Positions 49,125-62,900 of a stretch of 64,000 nucleotides of DNA are shown in pieces. The stretch's first letter is position 1; each line of letters begins with the position of its first letter. The stretch spans positions 334,206-398,205 of the forward strand of contig JBJCIZ010000744.1 in NCBI GenBank assembly GCA_051294375.1, written 5' to 3'. The notes beneath the pieces are model-generated. The model ran no database searches, was not told where the DNA came from, and saw only the letters and a list, made by a program, of their open reading frames with translations. The stretch comes from Paraspadella gotoi. Taxonomy: Eukaryota > Animalia > Chaetognatha. Made by a program: the position numbers and the translations under genes.

Positions 49125-51268
49125 AACTGTCACGTCCTCCCTCTCCCCCCTTTTGGAAGGCGGCGATGGAGACGGCGGGGAGGAGGGATCTGATAAGGGA
49201 CGGGGGGAGTGCCGTTCTTCTATCCTTTTCGTCGAAATTGGGAGGGGGGAACTTGTTGCTATAGCCTAAATTTTGTACAGATTGTAGACCAGACCTCGTT
49301 TTAGCTAATGTAGCGTGACTTACGCGGTACAGTTGGTTTTTTTTTGTTTTTTTTTTTCGTGAGCTAATTCAGATCTCGAAGCTTTCTCGAGCATATTCTC
49401 GCTTGATTTGCAGGTATTCCCGCTTGATCAGTAAGTCTCGCTGTGCAACGTTATACTTTATGTATAATACGGATCAAAGATAACACAAGTACTAAACTTT
49501 TTTATATGTAACTTTGACCGACTCACGATTGTTTTCGTTTCATCTTCTGCATATAATAAGTACAGTGTTAACCTGCGTTTTCATTTGAAAAAAGAAGTAG
49601 ACGTCATTTTCAAGCTGTTTATTTTTTTCTAAAGAGATTTTTGAATCCCTTTTTATTTGTTTTCACAAATCTACGCAGGTCAATTAGATTATCATTGTGG
49701 GGAATATTATAAAACTTATTGATTTAATAATAATGAAAAAAATGATTTATTTTCGTTAAGACGGTAATTTCAAATAGATCCATAGATAAGAATTCAATTG
49801 GTGAATTTTGAATTAGGAATTAATTTTTCCTATAACAATATTTATCGAAGTTTATTTTGATTTAGGCGTTCGGTTTATAGCATATTGTTTGCAAATTTAA
49901 AAACAAAATTAAATTCTATTGGAGCTAATTTTTGTTTAGAATTATTTCCATACTTAAGGGGGAAGATTATTTATATTTTGTATCCATCTGCATATATAAG
50001 TTATTTGAAACGAAATTTAAGTTAGCCTGAATTATCTGACGTAGTGGTGTGGTGCACGAGGTCAAAACCCATTAAATTTATCATATTGACGTTTAGCACA
50101 ATGCTGAGAATTATCAGCAATTTAAAAATAATCTGTTATCATATAACATCGCTATTGATTTAAAGAGAATTTCAGTTATTCCCGGTTTAACTTATTTTGA
50201 TCGTAGTTTTCTATCCTAAGTGATTTCGAACAAAGACTTCAACAGGGAGTTTTTTTTTGCTATTTGATATGATCGTCCAGTTTTTACATGTCATTTACAC
50301 ATAAATCTATGAGGTTACGACTTCTATTTATCTTTTGAGGTTTTGTAGAGTTTAGTCGTAACTTTTTAGCCTGTTTTCATAACAGCTGGATAGACCGATA
50401 TTCGCTACTTTGCACTTCACTCAGTATAGTAGAAGTCGCTTATCCACAGGCTAGGGTTGGCCGCTAGGCTGCTTGCTAATTCATAAGTACTTAGATTTAA
50501 CTTTAAGATAGTCTTCTAATTTAGACGATACCCGGAGCCGTGACTGAAACAAACTGATGTTGCCTCGAACGTGGACCGTATCTCTAGGGACTTATTTTTT
50601 TTACTTAGTCGAAAAACTGGAAAGAAAAACCTGTTTGGACTACGTTTACTTTCACGATTGTGCAGGTAGATGGTTACGAATTAAACATAGTTCTGTTAAT
50701 TGTTTCGAGATTAAAACAAAATTTTAACGAAGCACGTCTACTACTGGTTGCAAGTATGTTTGCATTTTATCACTTTGACATTTACTCTTGGTAGAGAATT
50801 GACATACCTGCTCAAATTGAGTTACGTAGATACCTTTGAGTGATCAGTCGGAGTTTTTTCCACGAATTTAAAATAAATTTTTAAAGGTCGATGCTCTCCA
50901 TTTTGGTGGTTCACTTCAAGTTCAACTGAATTAAGGATGTCAATTCGAAGTATTATGATGATGGAGGCCTTAAACCACCAAAGCCTGTCCAAAGTCAGGG
51001 GCAAGATAGCTTATTTATTAAATGAATGGATAATTTTTATATTGGTTATACCAATTTCATTCGAATTGTCAGGTACAAAACTGTTTAGAAAATGTTGAGT
51101 GTTGTAAATATTTGTACAATAATCATGATAATCCTCTAAATCTTCTATTTGTAGTGGAAGTATGGAATAGGAAAAAAAAAGAGTATGTTATTCTTTGACT
51201 AATTAAGGACCGTAAACTAAAGGTCTGGTTCACGAGCTCCCCAACTTTTTTCCCCAGTCAAAATAAAG

Positions 51269-52838
51269 ATGAACGATACCTACGACGTTATAGTCCTTGG
51301 CACTGGTCTAAAGGAATGCGTCCTTGGCGGTATTATGGCCGCCAGACAGAAAAAAGTTTTGCAATTAGACCGAAACGACCGTTACGGCGGCGAATCGGCT
51401 ACTATCACTCCTTTGGAGGACTTCTTCGGAATATCACGCGGTGGACCAGCTCCTGGTGAAGCGCGGATAGTGGGAAGAATGGATGAGGGTTATATTTTTA
51501 ATCTTGGTAAAATCTTGGATTTTCCCTTCTTATGAGTAACATTGTAAAAATTATTATTATATATACCTATCACTAAAACCTATCACTTAAATGAAGCCAC
51601 CTTGGTATTCGAGGACGTTCTTTTTCACGGTATCACATCGATCCATATACAGTAATTAACTGTATTTGAAAGTTTTTTAACTTTTCCCGGCTGAAATGCT
51701 TGGACCTGGTCGCAATTAGAAGGTGAATTTAATTTCTAAAAGCTTCATGTCACGGGGTAAAATGATAAAACTACTCATCCACTCTCTGGTCACGCGGCAT
51801 GTCGAGTTCAAGATCATCGGAGGAAGCTTCGTGACGGAGGCCAATGGTGCTAAGCCGTTCCACATCCCCGCTTCATAAAAGGAGGCTTCTGCCTGCTCCA
51901 TTATGGACGTTCTCGAGCGGCGGAGGCTCAGAACTTTCTTTCCCTTTTGTGCCGAGTATATTGAGGACGATCCTGCGACGTGGAAAGGCTTCGATGCGCA
52001 GGTGACAACCATGACCGAAGTTTACAAAAAATTCGGGCTGAAGCAGGCAATTATGAAATACATGGGATACGCTCTTTGTCTTTACTCCAATGACGCATAC
52101 AAAGATCTATCGTGTGGAGAAACGCTTAATCGGATCTGTTTGTACATGGATTCCTACCAGCAACTGGGCAAAAGCCTCTACATGTACCCCTTGTCCGGGC
52201 TGTCCGCGATTCCGAAGGGCTTCGCCAAGATCTTGCCGGTCTTCGGCGGACTCTACGCTCTGAATAAATCTTTCCAAGGCTTTGTCTATGGGGACGATGG
52301 GAAAGTGCGCGGTATCAAGTCGGAGGGAAAGTTGATCGAATCTTCGCTGATCTTTTGCGATCCCTCATACGCGAGGGACAAGTGCCGGATGATCGGGCGC
52401 GCGGCTCGTGCCATAAGCATTCTGGATCACGTGATCCCCGGGACCGAAGCGTCTTGTCAAATCGTGATCCCCCAAAATCAGGTCGGACGGAAGAACAACA
52501 TCTTCGTCAGTTGCGTCTCTTTCGAGCAAGGGTCGGCGCCGGAGGGGTTCTATCTGGCGACTGTCTCCACAGAAATGGAAACGGACGATCCATTGGCCGA
52601 ACTCCAGCCGGGTTTGGACCTTTTGGGCGAGGTCGTCGTGAAGTTCGTTGAAGTCCGGGATCTCCTCGAGCCGTTGGAAGACGGGAGGGCCGACAACGTG
52701 TTCGTAACCAAGTCTTGTGACGCGGCGACGCATTTCCGCTCGGACTGCGAAGATATTCTGAAAGTTTACGAGCGGGCCGTCGGGAAACCGTTTGACTTCT
52801 CGAAGGTCAATGGGGAAGATTTGGAAGAAGTGAAATGA
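51269..52838 (+). pseudogene. GDI: Divergent Rab GDP-dissociation inhibitor copy with two in-frame stops and a damaged acceptor
   Basis: [17 protein letters not shown]...[10 protein letters not shown]; intron 51456-51690 ends in GG instead of AG; TAG at 51717-51719 (Trp of GRxW) and TAA at 51876-51878; the rest is open through SCQIVIPQNQVGRK and SCDAATHF to TGA. Confidence 0.85.
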
Positions 52839-53144
52839 TCGAGAAAACGATTGTAAAATTGCAAGATGCTCTTACTTATTATAAAATTGAAAATCCTTAT
52901 TACTATACCGAAACAGGGTTGGCATTAAAAAACCCACCCAAAAAAACACAAAAAAAAAACCCAGGTTTTTTTTAAATAATAGTTCTCTTGCAGTAAAAAC
53001 ACCAATTTATAGTAAAAAAGAGAAACGAACATTTAATCAGATTAAACTTATATCTAATTGCAACAATGAAATAAAATATTGAAATGTAGCCTTCAAAGAT
53101 TAGTGGAACTAGTCGAATTAAACCAAACTATAGTTTTGTTTTGT

Positions 53145-54650
53145 CTAAACTGACGAGTTGAATATTTCAAAAGCGTTCCCAGCAGGATCAGTACCAACGA
53201 CTTCAGAAGAAACGCCGGCGAATATTCGACTGATATCCAAGCCGACATCAGAACCTCCCTTTTTGTCGTTTTCTAGTCCGCGATTTCTGTCGCCGACTTC
53301 TTTGGTGTAGAAACTTCCGTCGGCGACGTACGCGACTTTGACGTTCGTCGCATGACCGGGGATTCTGGGCCGTTTTAAAAATAAAAAAGCTGAGAACTAC
53401 AGGCGTTCGAATCCTATCTTTAACGCTTTTTCACAAAATTTAGATTGCCCTGGAATAACGAATGACCACAAATCTACATTTTTTCCTTTAAATAACCCGC
53501 TCGGTTATTTTTTATATTTTTTTAAGATCATTTTATGCAAAAAAAAAACTGGGAAGGGGAAAAAAAGTTTTATTACAAATTCATTTCAAAAACTACCCTT
53601 AACCCAAAACCACCCCTAACCCAAACCACCCCTAACCCAAACCAGCCCTAACCCTAACCACTAGAGCGTAGTGAAAGTTACGTACGGAAATTCTAAAAGT
53701 CAATTATGAACAACATAACATCAGTGAACATTAATTTGTAAAAAAAATTATGTTTTTTAATTTTTGCAGTAGGCTATATATAGTACTATCCTTATAAAAT
53801 CGAAAATATAAATTATTTTTAAAAATTATTTCATTAAGTAGGTTAAAACTTAAAAAACTATATTTAATATATAAAAAATTAATTTTCAGCTTAAAATATA
53901 GCTTTTTCTAATTTTTGACCCACTTAATAAAAAAAATTTTCTTTCTTTCAACTTTTTATGACGAATCCAAATCTGCAAAAAAAATCTTAGAAAAAACTAT
54001 TTTGAAATTTTAACATTTATTGGATTAGTACTAGTATATTGTAAAATTGATATATAATTTTTTTATACATAAATGTTCATTAGTATGTTGTTCGTTCTTC
54101 ACTTTTAGAATTTAATTAATTTACAAATTTACTACGCCTTACTCCCCCCCTAATCGCTAACTCAATTATTAACCGCTTAAAAATATAACATAAAAATGCA
54201 ATTAAAATAAATTTAAAACAATTATTCAACAAATAATATGAAATAAGCAAAATTCTTTTATTCAACTAAACAAAAATGAAGAAATTAAAAAAAATTATAT
54301 TACTGGCGCAACACTGAAACGACGCTAGAGGGAAAACAAAATTCAATGGATTAACAAACTACGACCGGTAGTATCTAAGGCTGGTTGCGGACGTTGAATA
54401 GTAAAGTTACTCACTTTTTCTTTTAGGATTAACTAGAAATTATGTTAGCTTTTTAATAGGGCCCATTATTTCACTGTACAGTGTACCTCTCTAAACTTTA
54501 GACTAAAGCTTCCCAAACCCTTCTTCACCCAAAGGAGCTGAGTGGGGCGGGAGAAGGAGTTGGCGCCGTGACAGGAGCGAAGAGATTCGCAGCGCCGAGG
54601 CGGCTTTCGGAATGGAGCCGAGCAGGAAGAAGAATCGAAAGTGGCGCCGA
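53145..54650 (-). CDS. Putative 3' exons of the homeobox gene (54650-54529, 53364-53145)
   Basis: AG/GT-bounded GC-rich blocks joining in phase 2 (SAPLSILL...SSFG/IPGHATNV...NSSV*); linking them to the homeobox exon needs one extra base or an unseen exon. Confidence 0.45.
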
Positions 54651-54669
54651 CTGAAGGGAATATAGGAAC

Positions 54670-54897
54670 TGAAGAGACAGTAATTATTGTTATGTGTTAG
54701 TGACAGAACCGTTCAATATAAGCAGTCCCTGAGCTTCGGATCAGGCTGTAACACCATGTTACAGGCGGGTTAAGTGCCCCGTCCTCAACTGCAAGGCGAC
54801 CACCGGGCTAGAACCCGTACTTTGGGTTGGGAGGCGAATGACTTGCTCCGGCACCAATGGGCGCTGATGAACAGTTGGTGGATTTTAATCCACCATA
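54670..54897 (-). mobile_element. tRNA-like solo-LTR-type element, family 1, TSD gaac
   Basis: Same termini and body as the other copies; gaac on both flanks. Confidence 0.8.
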
Positions 54898-54901
54898 GAA
54901 C

Positions 54902-55206
54902 TGTAGTCGGGCATTACCTAGGTTCACCCCGCCTATAAGCATGACTCTTTCAGTTGTGACCCGGTGGATCATTGACCATTAGGTACCGGGTTCAATCCCA
55001 ACCTGGTACCTACCCTGCGGGAAGAGTGAGGACGGCCGTAAGCCGCCTTGGGGGCGTGGCAAACCCTCAAGCCTGGTTCCAGGCCCAGGACCCGTTCCAT
55101 GTCTGTTAGAGGGGGTTATATAACGTCAGAAAGATGAAACTCACCGGCTGACGAAGTTCGGGGTCGCCAGCCCGTGCCGCCAACTTTAACGTCGAAGCTC
55201 GCCACA
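54902..55206 (+). mobile_element. Solo-LTR-like element, family 4 (TGT...ACA) with a B-box-like motif
   Basis: Starts TGTAGTCGG and ends GCCACA; contains GGGTTCAATCCC inside the hairpin taggtacc...ggtaccta; flanks gaac / gac(g), an imperfect TSD. Confidence 0.5.
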
Positions 55207-55439
55207 GACGAAGATAGTGAAAGGAAAGTATGTTGTCCTGTTAGGTAAGTTGAGCTTTTGTTATACGCCAAAACCCCGGTCCGCAAAACTAAAATTTTGC
55301 CGACATTTCTTTACTTGTTTTACTTCTTTTACCTTGATAGTTGATTGTAGTAAAATTGAGCTCTCGAGAACAAAACAAAACAAAACAAGTATAGAGTTTG
55401 ATTAATTAATTCATTCATTAACAATATTAATAAAATATT

Positions 55440-56330
55440 TTTTTACTCGATAGTCATCACTCGATTACCGAGTACAAAAAATATTTTTTATCGAGCCTAC
55501 CGGCTTCTTTGTGACGTCGTCGTCGTCGTTGTCGGCCTCACGCATTTTTATAGTTTTGGCTAGGACTTACTATTTTTTTTTTAAATAAAAATTATTATAA
55601 ATTACAATGAAGTTTTATAAAAGTGTGCGTTCATAGTAAGTTAAAAATTTAGATCGTTTTTTGAAAAATTTGGATTATTTTTTTCCTTTTAAAAACTTAT
55701 CGCTATTTATTTAGCGATTTTTTTTCAATGCAAAATCACAAATTTACATCCGAGATTTTCGTGGATTTATTATCTTTCTCTCTCTCTTTCTTTTTTTCTC
55801 TCTCTCTTTCTTTCTCTCTCTTTTTCACTCATACACGCATTTGTTTGTTTTATTTATGATGAATGATTCATTGCGTCATGAATGACTATCATCACATCAA
55901 TGAATGACTATCATCGTATCAATGAATGATTATCATCACATCAATGAATGACTATCATCGCATCAACCATTTGGTTATTATCACATCAATCATTTTGGTT
56001 ATCATCACATCGATCATTTGGTTATCGCATCAGTATTGGTTACATCGCATCAATCATTTGGTTATTATCACATCAATCATTTGGTTATCATCACATCGAT
56101 CATTTGGTTATCATCGCATCAAGTATTGGTTATCATCGCATCAATCATTTGGTTATCATCGCATCAATCCTTCGGTTATCATCGCATCAATATTTGGTTA
56201 TCATTGAAGGGAGGCTCGATCCTATTCTTTTAAGATTTTTTAATATGTTAATGAATCCAATCAGGTTCTGTATTTTATTTTTAACTCATAAAGTGGGAGA
56301 AAATGATATTGTTAGATCCCTTCATCTAAC
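55440..56330 (+). mobile_element. Third copy of the repeat with the internal atcatcgcatca tandem array
   Basis: Colinear with 4760-5980, with an internal deletion. Confidence 0.7.
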
Positions 56331-56404
56331 CTTTTTAATTTCCTCTTTAATTTAATCTTCTTCCCCCCCCCTGCTCTCCGCCTTTCCTTTCCTCCCGTCC
56401 TCAC

Positions 56405-57274
56405 CAAAGACCTCGATTGCCGTGCGCCGGGTCCTCCCGTAAGCCCTGCATCTTACGCCACTTTGCGCGCCGATTCTGGAACCAAATTTGCACGCGGGAT
56501 TCGTCGAGGCGAATTTGACGCGCCAACGTCAACCGGGTCACGGCGCTGGGGTAGCGATTGTCGTGGAAGACCCGCTCCATCTCTTCCAACTGGGCCGGCG
56601 TGAAGTGGGTTCTGGAACCGCCGGGGGAAAGAGGGGATTCGGGAAGTAGCAAAATCATCAATTTTGTATTAAAGCTTTCAACTTATTCTTTAAGAGTCAA
56701 AGGAGTACCGCGATTAATATTTAATAAAAGAAGATTATCGCAAAATTGGTACCTGTACTTTCACGTGTGTCCTTGTATAAAACTACTTGGTAATGACTTC
56801 AAAATAAGTTTATTTATTCTTTTGACCCGGGACAAAGAAAAAACTCAAGTTTAGACATGTCAATGAAATCAAATGTCTAAATCTCTAATCATGCTAGTTC
56901 ATGCTAGTTTCATGTCAATGGTCGCTTTGTTATGCGATACCCCGACAAGTCTGGGCTTTTCAGGATCTTATTTGTATGATATATCTTGATTTTTCACTTT
57001 CTCTCCTCCTTTTCTCTCCTTCCCAACCGTTCCTTTCCCTTTCTCACCTCGTCCGGGTTTTCTTTGTCTTATTTGTGTCCTTGTAGCCAACGACGTAGAT
57101 TCCGCTCAGATCTTCGTTGTGCTTTCGAGATAAGGAGCGTTTGTCGACGCCGCCGGACGTAAGCCCCGCCACCGCTTCGTAAGCCAAGCGGGGCGGTGGC
57201 GCCACCGAAGCGGACGAGGGCGACGACGCTGACGTGAACGTCGCTCTGGAGATGGCGTTTTGATAAGAGGCCAT
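56405..57274 (-). CDS. PRD-class (paired-like, Q50) homeobox gene, divergent
   Basis: Exons 57274-57048 and 56611-56405 join in phase 2 to give [59 protein letters not shown]; the start codon is tentative. Confidence 0.87.
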
Positions 57275-58032
57275 GGCTTAGCGAAACTGGCGAAAATCGA
57301 TCCATGTAAGGTAAAATTCTGTTAATTATCAATTTGTGCAAAAATTTAGGATTCATTTAAGACAAAAAAAGTTAAATAATTAGAAATAAAAGTTTATACA
57401 AACAACTAACATTTAAAATTAATTACCTGTCGAAATTGGATTTCTTGAAAATAATCCGTTGTTTTTTGGATACGTATTTGTTTTATTGACCTTTTTGTTT
57501 ACACATGTTTGGATGTTGACGTTTTTTTTTTATCTGAAACAATCCAACTGTTTCATTTATCCTAGTCGATTAGACACGATAAAAAACTCGTTTACCTTTA
57601 AAAAAATTAAAACTTTTTTAATTAACGAGAAAACACCAAAAATGAACAATATGGCCAAGTCCCAGTTAGTAAAACCGAAACTTTTGACAAAAGATTGAGA
57701 CTCGTAATCGTCATTAAGCAAATTCGCCTCTGTTCGAATAAGCTCGTCAACGTAAGCTTTTCCTGTAACCTGACTTGCGGAGAAAGTTAGTCGAGTAGGA
57801 AACAGAGTGAGAACGGAATTCGAGGAAGAAGGCGGGAGTGGGAGGCAAAGTTCCTGAGGAGGGGGCTATACTCGGGATTAGAGTAAAGAAAGAAACAGAG
57901 AACGTTTCACCCCTTTAGCACTTCCCCCCCCACGCCCATCCCCCATCGGCTCACCCTAACCCTAACTGTCCCCGTAACTCGTCTCGAGCAATAGAGAGGC
58001 GCAACAGAATGACAACAATAGGGAGACGAAAT

Positions 58033-58143
<111 letters not shown>

Positions 58144-58829
58144 CGCCTTTTTTCCCCGCCGGCGGGATTAGCTCGGCGGAAGAAGAGAGATTGCGAATTG
58201 CGTACGGAGGGAGGGCGGGGGTGTTGCGTGTGGTGAGCGGCGAAAATAGAGTGAATGATGAGGAGGTGTTGTTTTTGTTTTTACGGAGAATGGAGAGATG
58301 ATAAGTTTTTAGTATGGAATAGTGAGAACAAATAAAATAATTATTCATTATTCAATAAGCGAGCTATCTTGCTCTTTACCTTGGAGGTTTAAGGCCTCCA
58401 TCTCTCTTACAAGATAATAACATTACAAGATCGTGCAAGCGGTCTAGCTTATTCACTCCCAGAGTACCTGGCTTCCTTACCAATGAATCGGTGTAATATT
58501 TTTTGTTTTTTGAACTCTTTCAAATGGATAGAAGGACCACTCCATTAAGTATTAGAGCTGGGAATATTTTGTACTCTGCACAAGCACTTTTTGCACTACC
58601 AATATAATAATTATTCGTTATGTTATTTCGTGCAACACATTAAAATTTCAGTGTTTATTCGTTTTGTTTTCTTTTTTTTTATTGACGGGTAGGTTCCGTT
58701 GTGTGCCCGCCGAGATAGATAGGTCTTTCTTCCCGTATAACATCCCTTTCGCTCCTTACCCGCTCCTTACTCGACGCCCGTCTATTTCGCGACGCTTCCT
58801 CTTCTCTAGTGGGCGTGGCGATCCCCGAG

Positions 58830-58862
<33 letters not shown>

Positions 58863-58955
58863 CCTCCGCCGCTCGCCTCGCGGAATGAAAATATTTTTCC
58901 TTTATGTTGAACGAAAAGAAAAACTGGAGAAAAAACGGTTTTATCCTCCCATTCG

Positions 58956-58991
<36 letters not shown>

Positions 58992-59403
58992 CCATCACCA
59001 TCATCATCATCATCATCATCATCATTGTAGAGAAATGGCGATTCCATTTCTATTATTTTTCTTTGCCATTTGTTTTACAATTTGTTTTACCTTTTGTAGA
59101 TTGCGCTTTTACTTTTCTTGGAGATTACTCTCCCTTTTCTTTATCTTTTACCAGATATACTAGGCCATAGACTTTAGACCCTTTCTCAGCCCGTCCAAAA
59201 ACGGCCTTTTACGGAGTTAGGCCAACCCCACGTCACGTCAAGTCACATTTCGTTATGATACCGTTTCAGAGAGCCCTTAAGGCCAGGCCCTTGAGCCCCA
59301 GAGACTTTACGGCTTTAGACTTTTTTTTTCTTCTGAAATAAAAGAGACAATTTGACAGTTAAGACGATAAAAAGATTAAACGATTTGAAACAATATGACA
59401 TTC

Positions 59404-59583
59404 TATGGTGGACTAAAATCCACCAACCGTTCATCAGCGGCCATTGGTGCCGGAGGCAAGTCATTCGCCTCCCAACCCAAAGGTCCGGGGTTCTAGCCCG
59501 GTGGTCGTCTGGCAGTTAAGAGGGACGGGGCGTATATTGAACGGTTCTGTCATTAACACTTATCAATAATTACTGTCTCTTCA
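59404..59583 (+). mobile_element. tRNA-like solo-LTR-type element, family 1 (internal deletion), TSD attc
   Basis: attc|TATGGTGG...CTCTTCA|attc. Confidence 0.8.
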
Positions 59584-59755
59584 ATTCAAACAATAAATGA
59601 GTATTGAGCAAGACAAGGCTTTAGACTAGTGGGCGGTCTAGTGGATAGACTCGACAACAACAACAGACGACCACAACATCGACAACTACAATATGAAAGT
59701 TGCAAAATTACTTGTTTCATATAATCATACAATTCTATGAATATATATAACATAT

Positions 59756-59985
59756 TATGGATGACTAAAATCCAAAAACCGTTCATCTGCGGCCATTGGT
59801 GCAGGAGGCAAGTCATTCGCCTCTCAACCCAAAGGTCCGGGGTTTTTGCCCGGTGGTCGCCTTGCAGTTAAGAGGGACGGGGCGCTTAACCCGCTTGTAA
59901 CAGCCTGATCCGAAGCTCATGGACTGCTAATAGTTATACTGAACGGTTCTGTCACTAACTCATCACAATAATTTCTGTCTCTTCA
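59756..59985 (+). mobile_element. tRNA-like solo-LTR-type element, family 1, TSD atat/atac
   Basis: TATGGATG...CTCTTCA; TSD matches at 3 of 4 positions. Confidence 0.75.
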
Positions 59986-62900
59986 ATACTATATATTCAT
60001 TGTCTATTATAAATATTATAGCATTTAAAATTATATGATGTTTAGAAATATGGCATATAGAGTTTGAGATTTAAAAGATCCTCTGTTGTACTTTAAGTTA
60101 CTAGTTTCATTATATCAAAAAAATATTCAAGAAAGTCTATGTATTTTGGTATTCAAAGAGGAACGAAAAGAAAGAGACGGTATAGTAATCCAAGGAAATC
60201 TGAGTATCAAATAGTTCCCTAAGTGTCACCCATTGTTAATATCGACAATCCTACTTTCTTAAGTATTCTCATCGATCCTACTACCTAAAGCACATACGTA
60301 CCATTTATTTTACTCGTTGCTTCCCCCCGCCCCACGAGACAACGAATTAGCTAAAGAAGAACGACCCCACACTTTGCCACTTTTTTTTTATTTTCGCCAC
60401 TCCCACTTGATCACCCTCGGTAGGGGGAGATGAGATCACCCTCCGTATATAATTCACTCCGCCAGCGTTCGGGTTTCCCTCCCCACCCATCCGGACCCCC
60501 TTTCGACAGCCACGCCCTATTTGCCCCTTCTGCGCTCGGCCGCTTGTGAAAGTCAAATTCAATCAGCAGATAAAGAAAAGAAGATTAACTCGGGAGCCTC
60601 TCTTCGCACTGGTTAAGGGGGGCGGGGGAGAGACGTTGAGCGGGTGGGGGGGTTTAGTGAGAGAAGGGAAGAGAGAGAGAAATGAGGATGAACGAGAGGG
60701 AGAGGGAGTGGAGAATTAGAGAACGTGAGGGGGAAACGTGAAGATGGGTAGGGAAAGAGAGGAAAAGACAGGTAAGAAAGTGAAAGAGAGAAGGAAGAAA
60801 TCCAAAAAAAGGAGTAAAAAACAATGAACAATTTGGATATAAAAATATGGAAAAGAGGAATAAAAAAAGGAAAACTGAGAGAGAGAGAGAGAGCGAGAGA
60901 GAGCGAGAGCGAGAGAGAGACAGAGTCGTCGAAAAAAGAAAATGTGGGCGGAGAGTATAAAACTCTTTTATTCACTTGTGGGTTTTTTTCTCTTTGAATT
61001 CGAATAGAGAATTCTTTCTTTCTTTTTCTTCCCTTTTTTCGGTAGTAAAGTTGTATGCAGAGTGAAGCGGCGCTAGCGGTCCCTCAGGTCCGACCGTTGT
61101 TCTTTTTTTTGTCCTTTTTTTTTGGGGTTTGAATTTTCGCGGGGTTTTTTGTGAGATGGTTAATTGGTTATACGTAATAATAATAATAATAATATGAATC
61201 GTTTTTTAGAGATCTGCTTTCCGCTTTCTTTAAAATTTAGGAAACATTATCTTCAACCGTGCTTTGAAAAAAAAGGAGAGAGATGCAGAGATAGAGAGAA
61301 AGAAAGAAATATATGAGATAGAGAGAAGGAAAAAAAATAAGGAATGAAAATGATAAGAAAGAAAAAATGAAAGAACAAAAGAAAGAAAAAGGGAAGAAAT
61401 AAAGAAAGAAGGAAAGAGAAAGAGCGAGATGGAGATAGAGTCAGAGGCAAACGGGGTTAAGTAGGCGCCGAGAAATGACGAGAGTCCGACGCAAATGACG
61501 CGCGAAAGTCATTTCTCATTTTCGTCGGACAATCCTTCGTCGCCGAGTAAAAGCTCGGTCGGTCGGTCAGTCAGTTGGTCGGTTGGACAACTTATTTCCA
61601 AAATTCGGGAAGCCCGGAAGGGTGGTGTCGGGCAGCTTGGGTTCTCTGTAATTTTCAGAGGGGGCGGACCGTCGGACCGACAAAGTCGGGATCTGCTGAT
61701 AAGCCGACTAAAAATATTTGTATTCTTTAATGAATAAAAATATAGAAGAATAGAAAATCTCAGAACTTTCAAAATGTTTCAAACAACAGCACAAACGAGG
61801 CCGGAACCACTGTGAGAAACCAACACAATGAGTTGCATAGAAAATTGTTGTTTCGATCGATGTATGTGAAATTTCCTTTGATTTCACGCTAGCAAAATAT
61901 TTGACAATGTACTAAAAAAAAGGAGTGACGGAGTGAAAAGCCGGTGGAACAACCTCTGCTCCCTCTTGCAAAGAAAATTAACGTTTGAACAATTGTAAAT
62001 TGTGATCGAAAGGGTAACGCAAATCGAATATTTTGTCCCTTACTATCGCATTTCTCTGCGGTTGGAAAGGTTTGAAAACGAACAGGGTGGCCCCAAAGTT
62101 TGAAAATAGACCAAGAAAATATATTAAGGCTTTACATACGATGATGTTCATTTTCTTGAGGCCAAGTTTCGGGAATATATAACTGAATGTTAGTATTGGA
62201 AAAAAAGAAATACCCGTTAAGTAAACGAAACAATCTTTTAAAGATAAATAAAGAAAAAAACTATGCACATCAGATTGATCGTTTTAAATAAATTACTCTG
62301 AAATCTTTTTAGAATAACTTTAAAGATTCGTGCAAATCGCTCCACGCAATATATTCGGATGTATTATTGCTTTCGTTAATATTGTAGCATACGGATTGAA
62401 AATAATTTTTAAAGCCACGCTGTATTTCTTTTTCCGTGTGCCTCCCAGGAAAAAACGAAAAAACAATTGCCGGTAAAGTGAAAGTCGCTTAAACTAAGCA
62501 CATCAGATTGATCGTTTTAAATAAATTATTCTGAATTCTTTTTAGAATAACTCTAAAGATTCCTACTAGTCCCACGAACAAAAAGAACACTGGAATCGTG
62601 GATATCATATGGCCTCGTTCAATTGTACCAATTCTTTTCTCAGAGGAAGAAATTCCTTAGAATCTTTTTCGTTTAATTCAGTTTTCCCAAGACGATCATA
62701 CTCATAGCTCAACTTATGAGATGTGGTCAGGAACAGATTAGAAAAGATAATAAATGTATGTATAACATTCGGGATTAAGATCATTAAAATCTTTAAACCG
62801 ACTTTCTGAGTCGATACTTTGATAAAATAAATATTTCCCGAGACCGTTTCTGCAGCAATGAGACAAAGTATTAAGAAATAATTCGGCTCGAGATAATGAT

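Noticed and set aside
48306-49133. Antisense and alternate-frame ORFs over CDC34, the astacin last exon, laccase exon 1 and GDI
   Set aside because: Shadows of GC-rich codon usage in the real genes; no motifs.
51717-51878. TAA/TAG reassignment to Gln (the well-supported genes end in TGA and GDI has in-frame TAG and TAA)
   Set aside because: No TAA/TAG occurs in the other reconstructed coding exons, Gln is encoded by CAA/CAG, the TAG replaces a conserved Trp, and the GDI acceptor is also damaged.
54561-54669. PBS-like tggcgccgtgac and a purine tract before the family-1 copy, suggesting a full TRIM
   Set aside because: No upstream LTR, the copy has its own TSD, and the segment reads better as a minus-strand exon.
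59433-59510. Functional tRNA-Gly(CCC) genes
   Set aside because: The D-arm and anticodon stem do not pair properly, the T-loop is altered, and each copy lies inside a repeat with TSDs.
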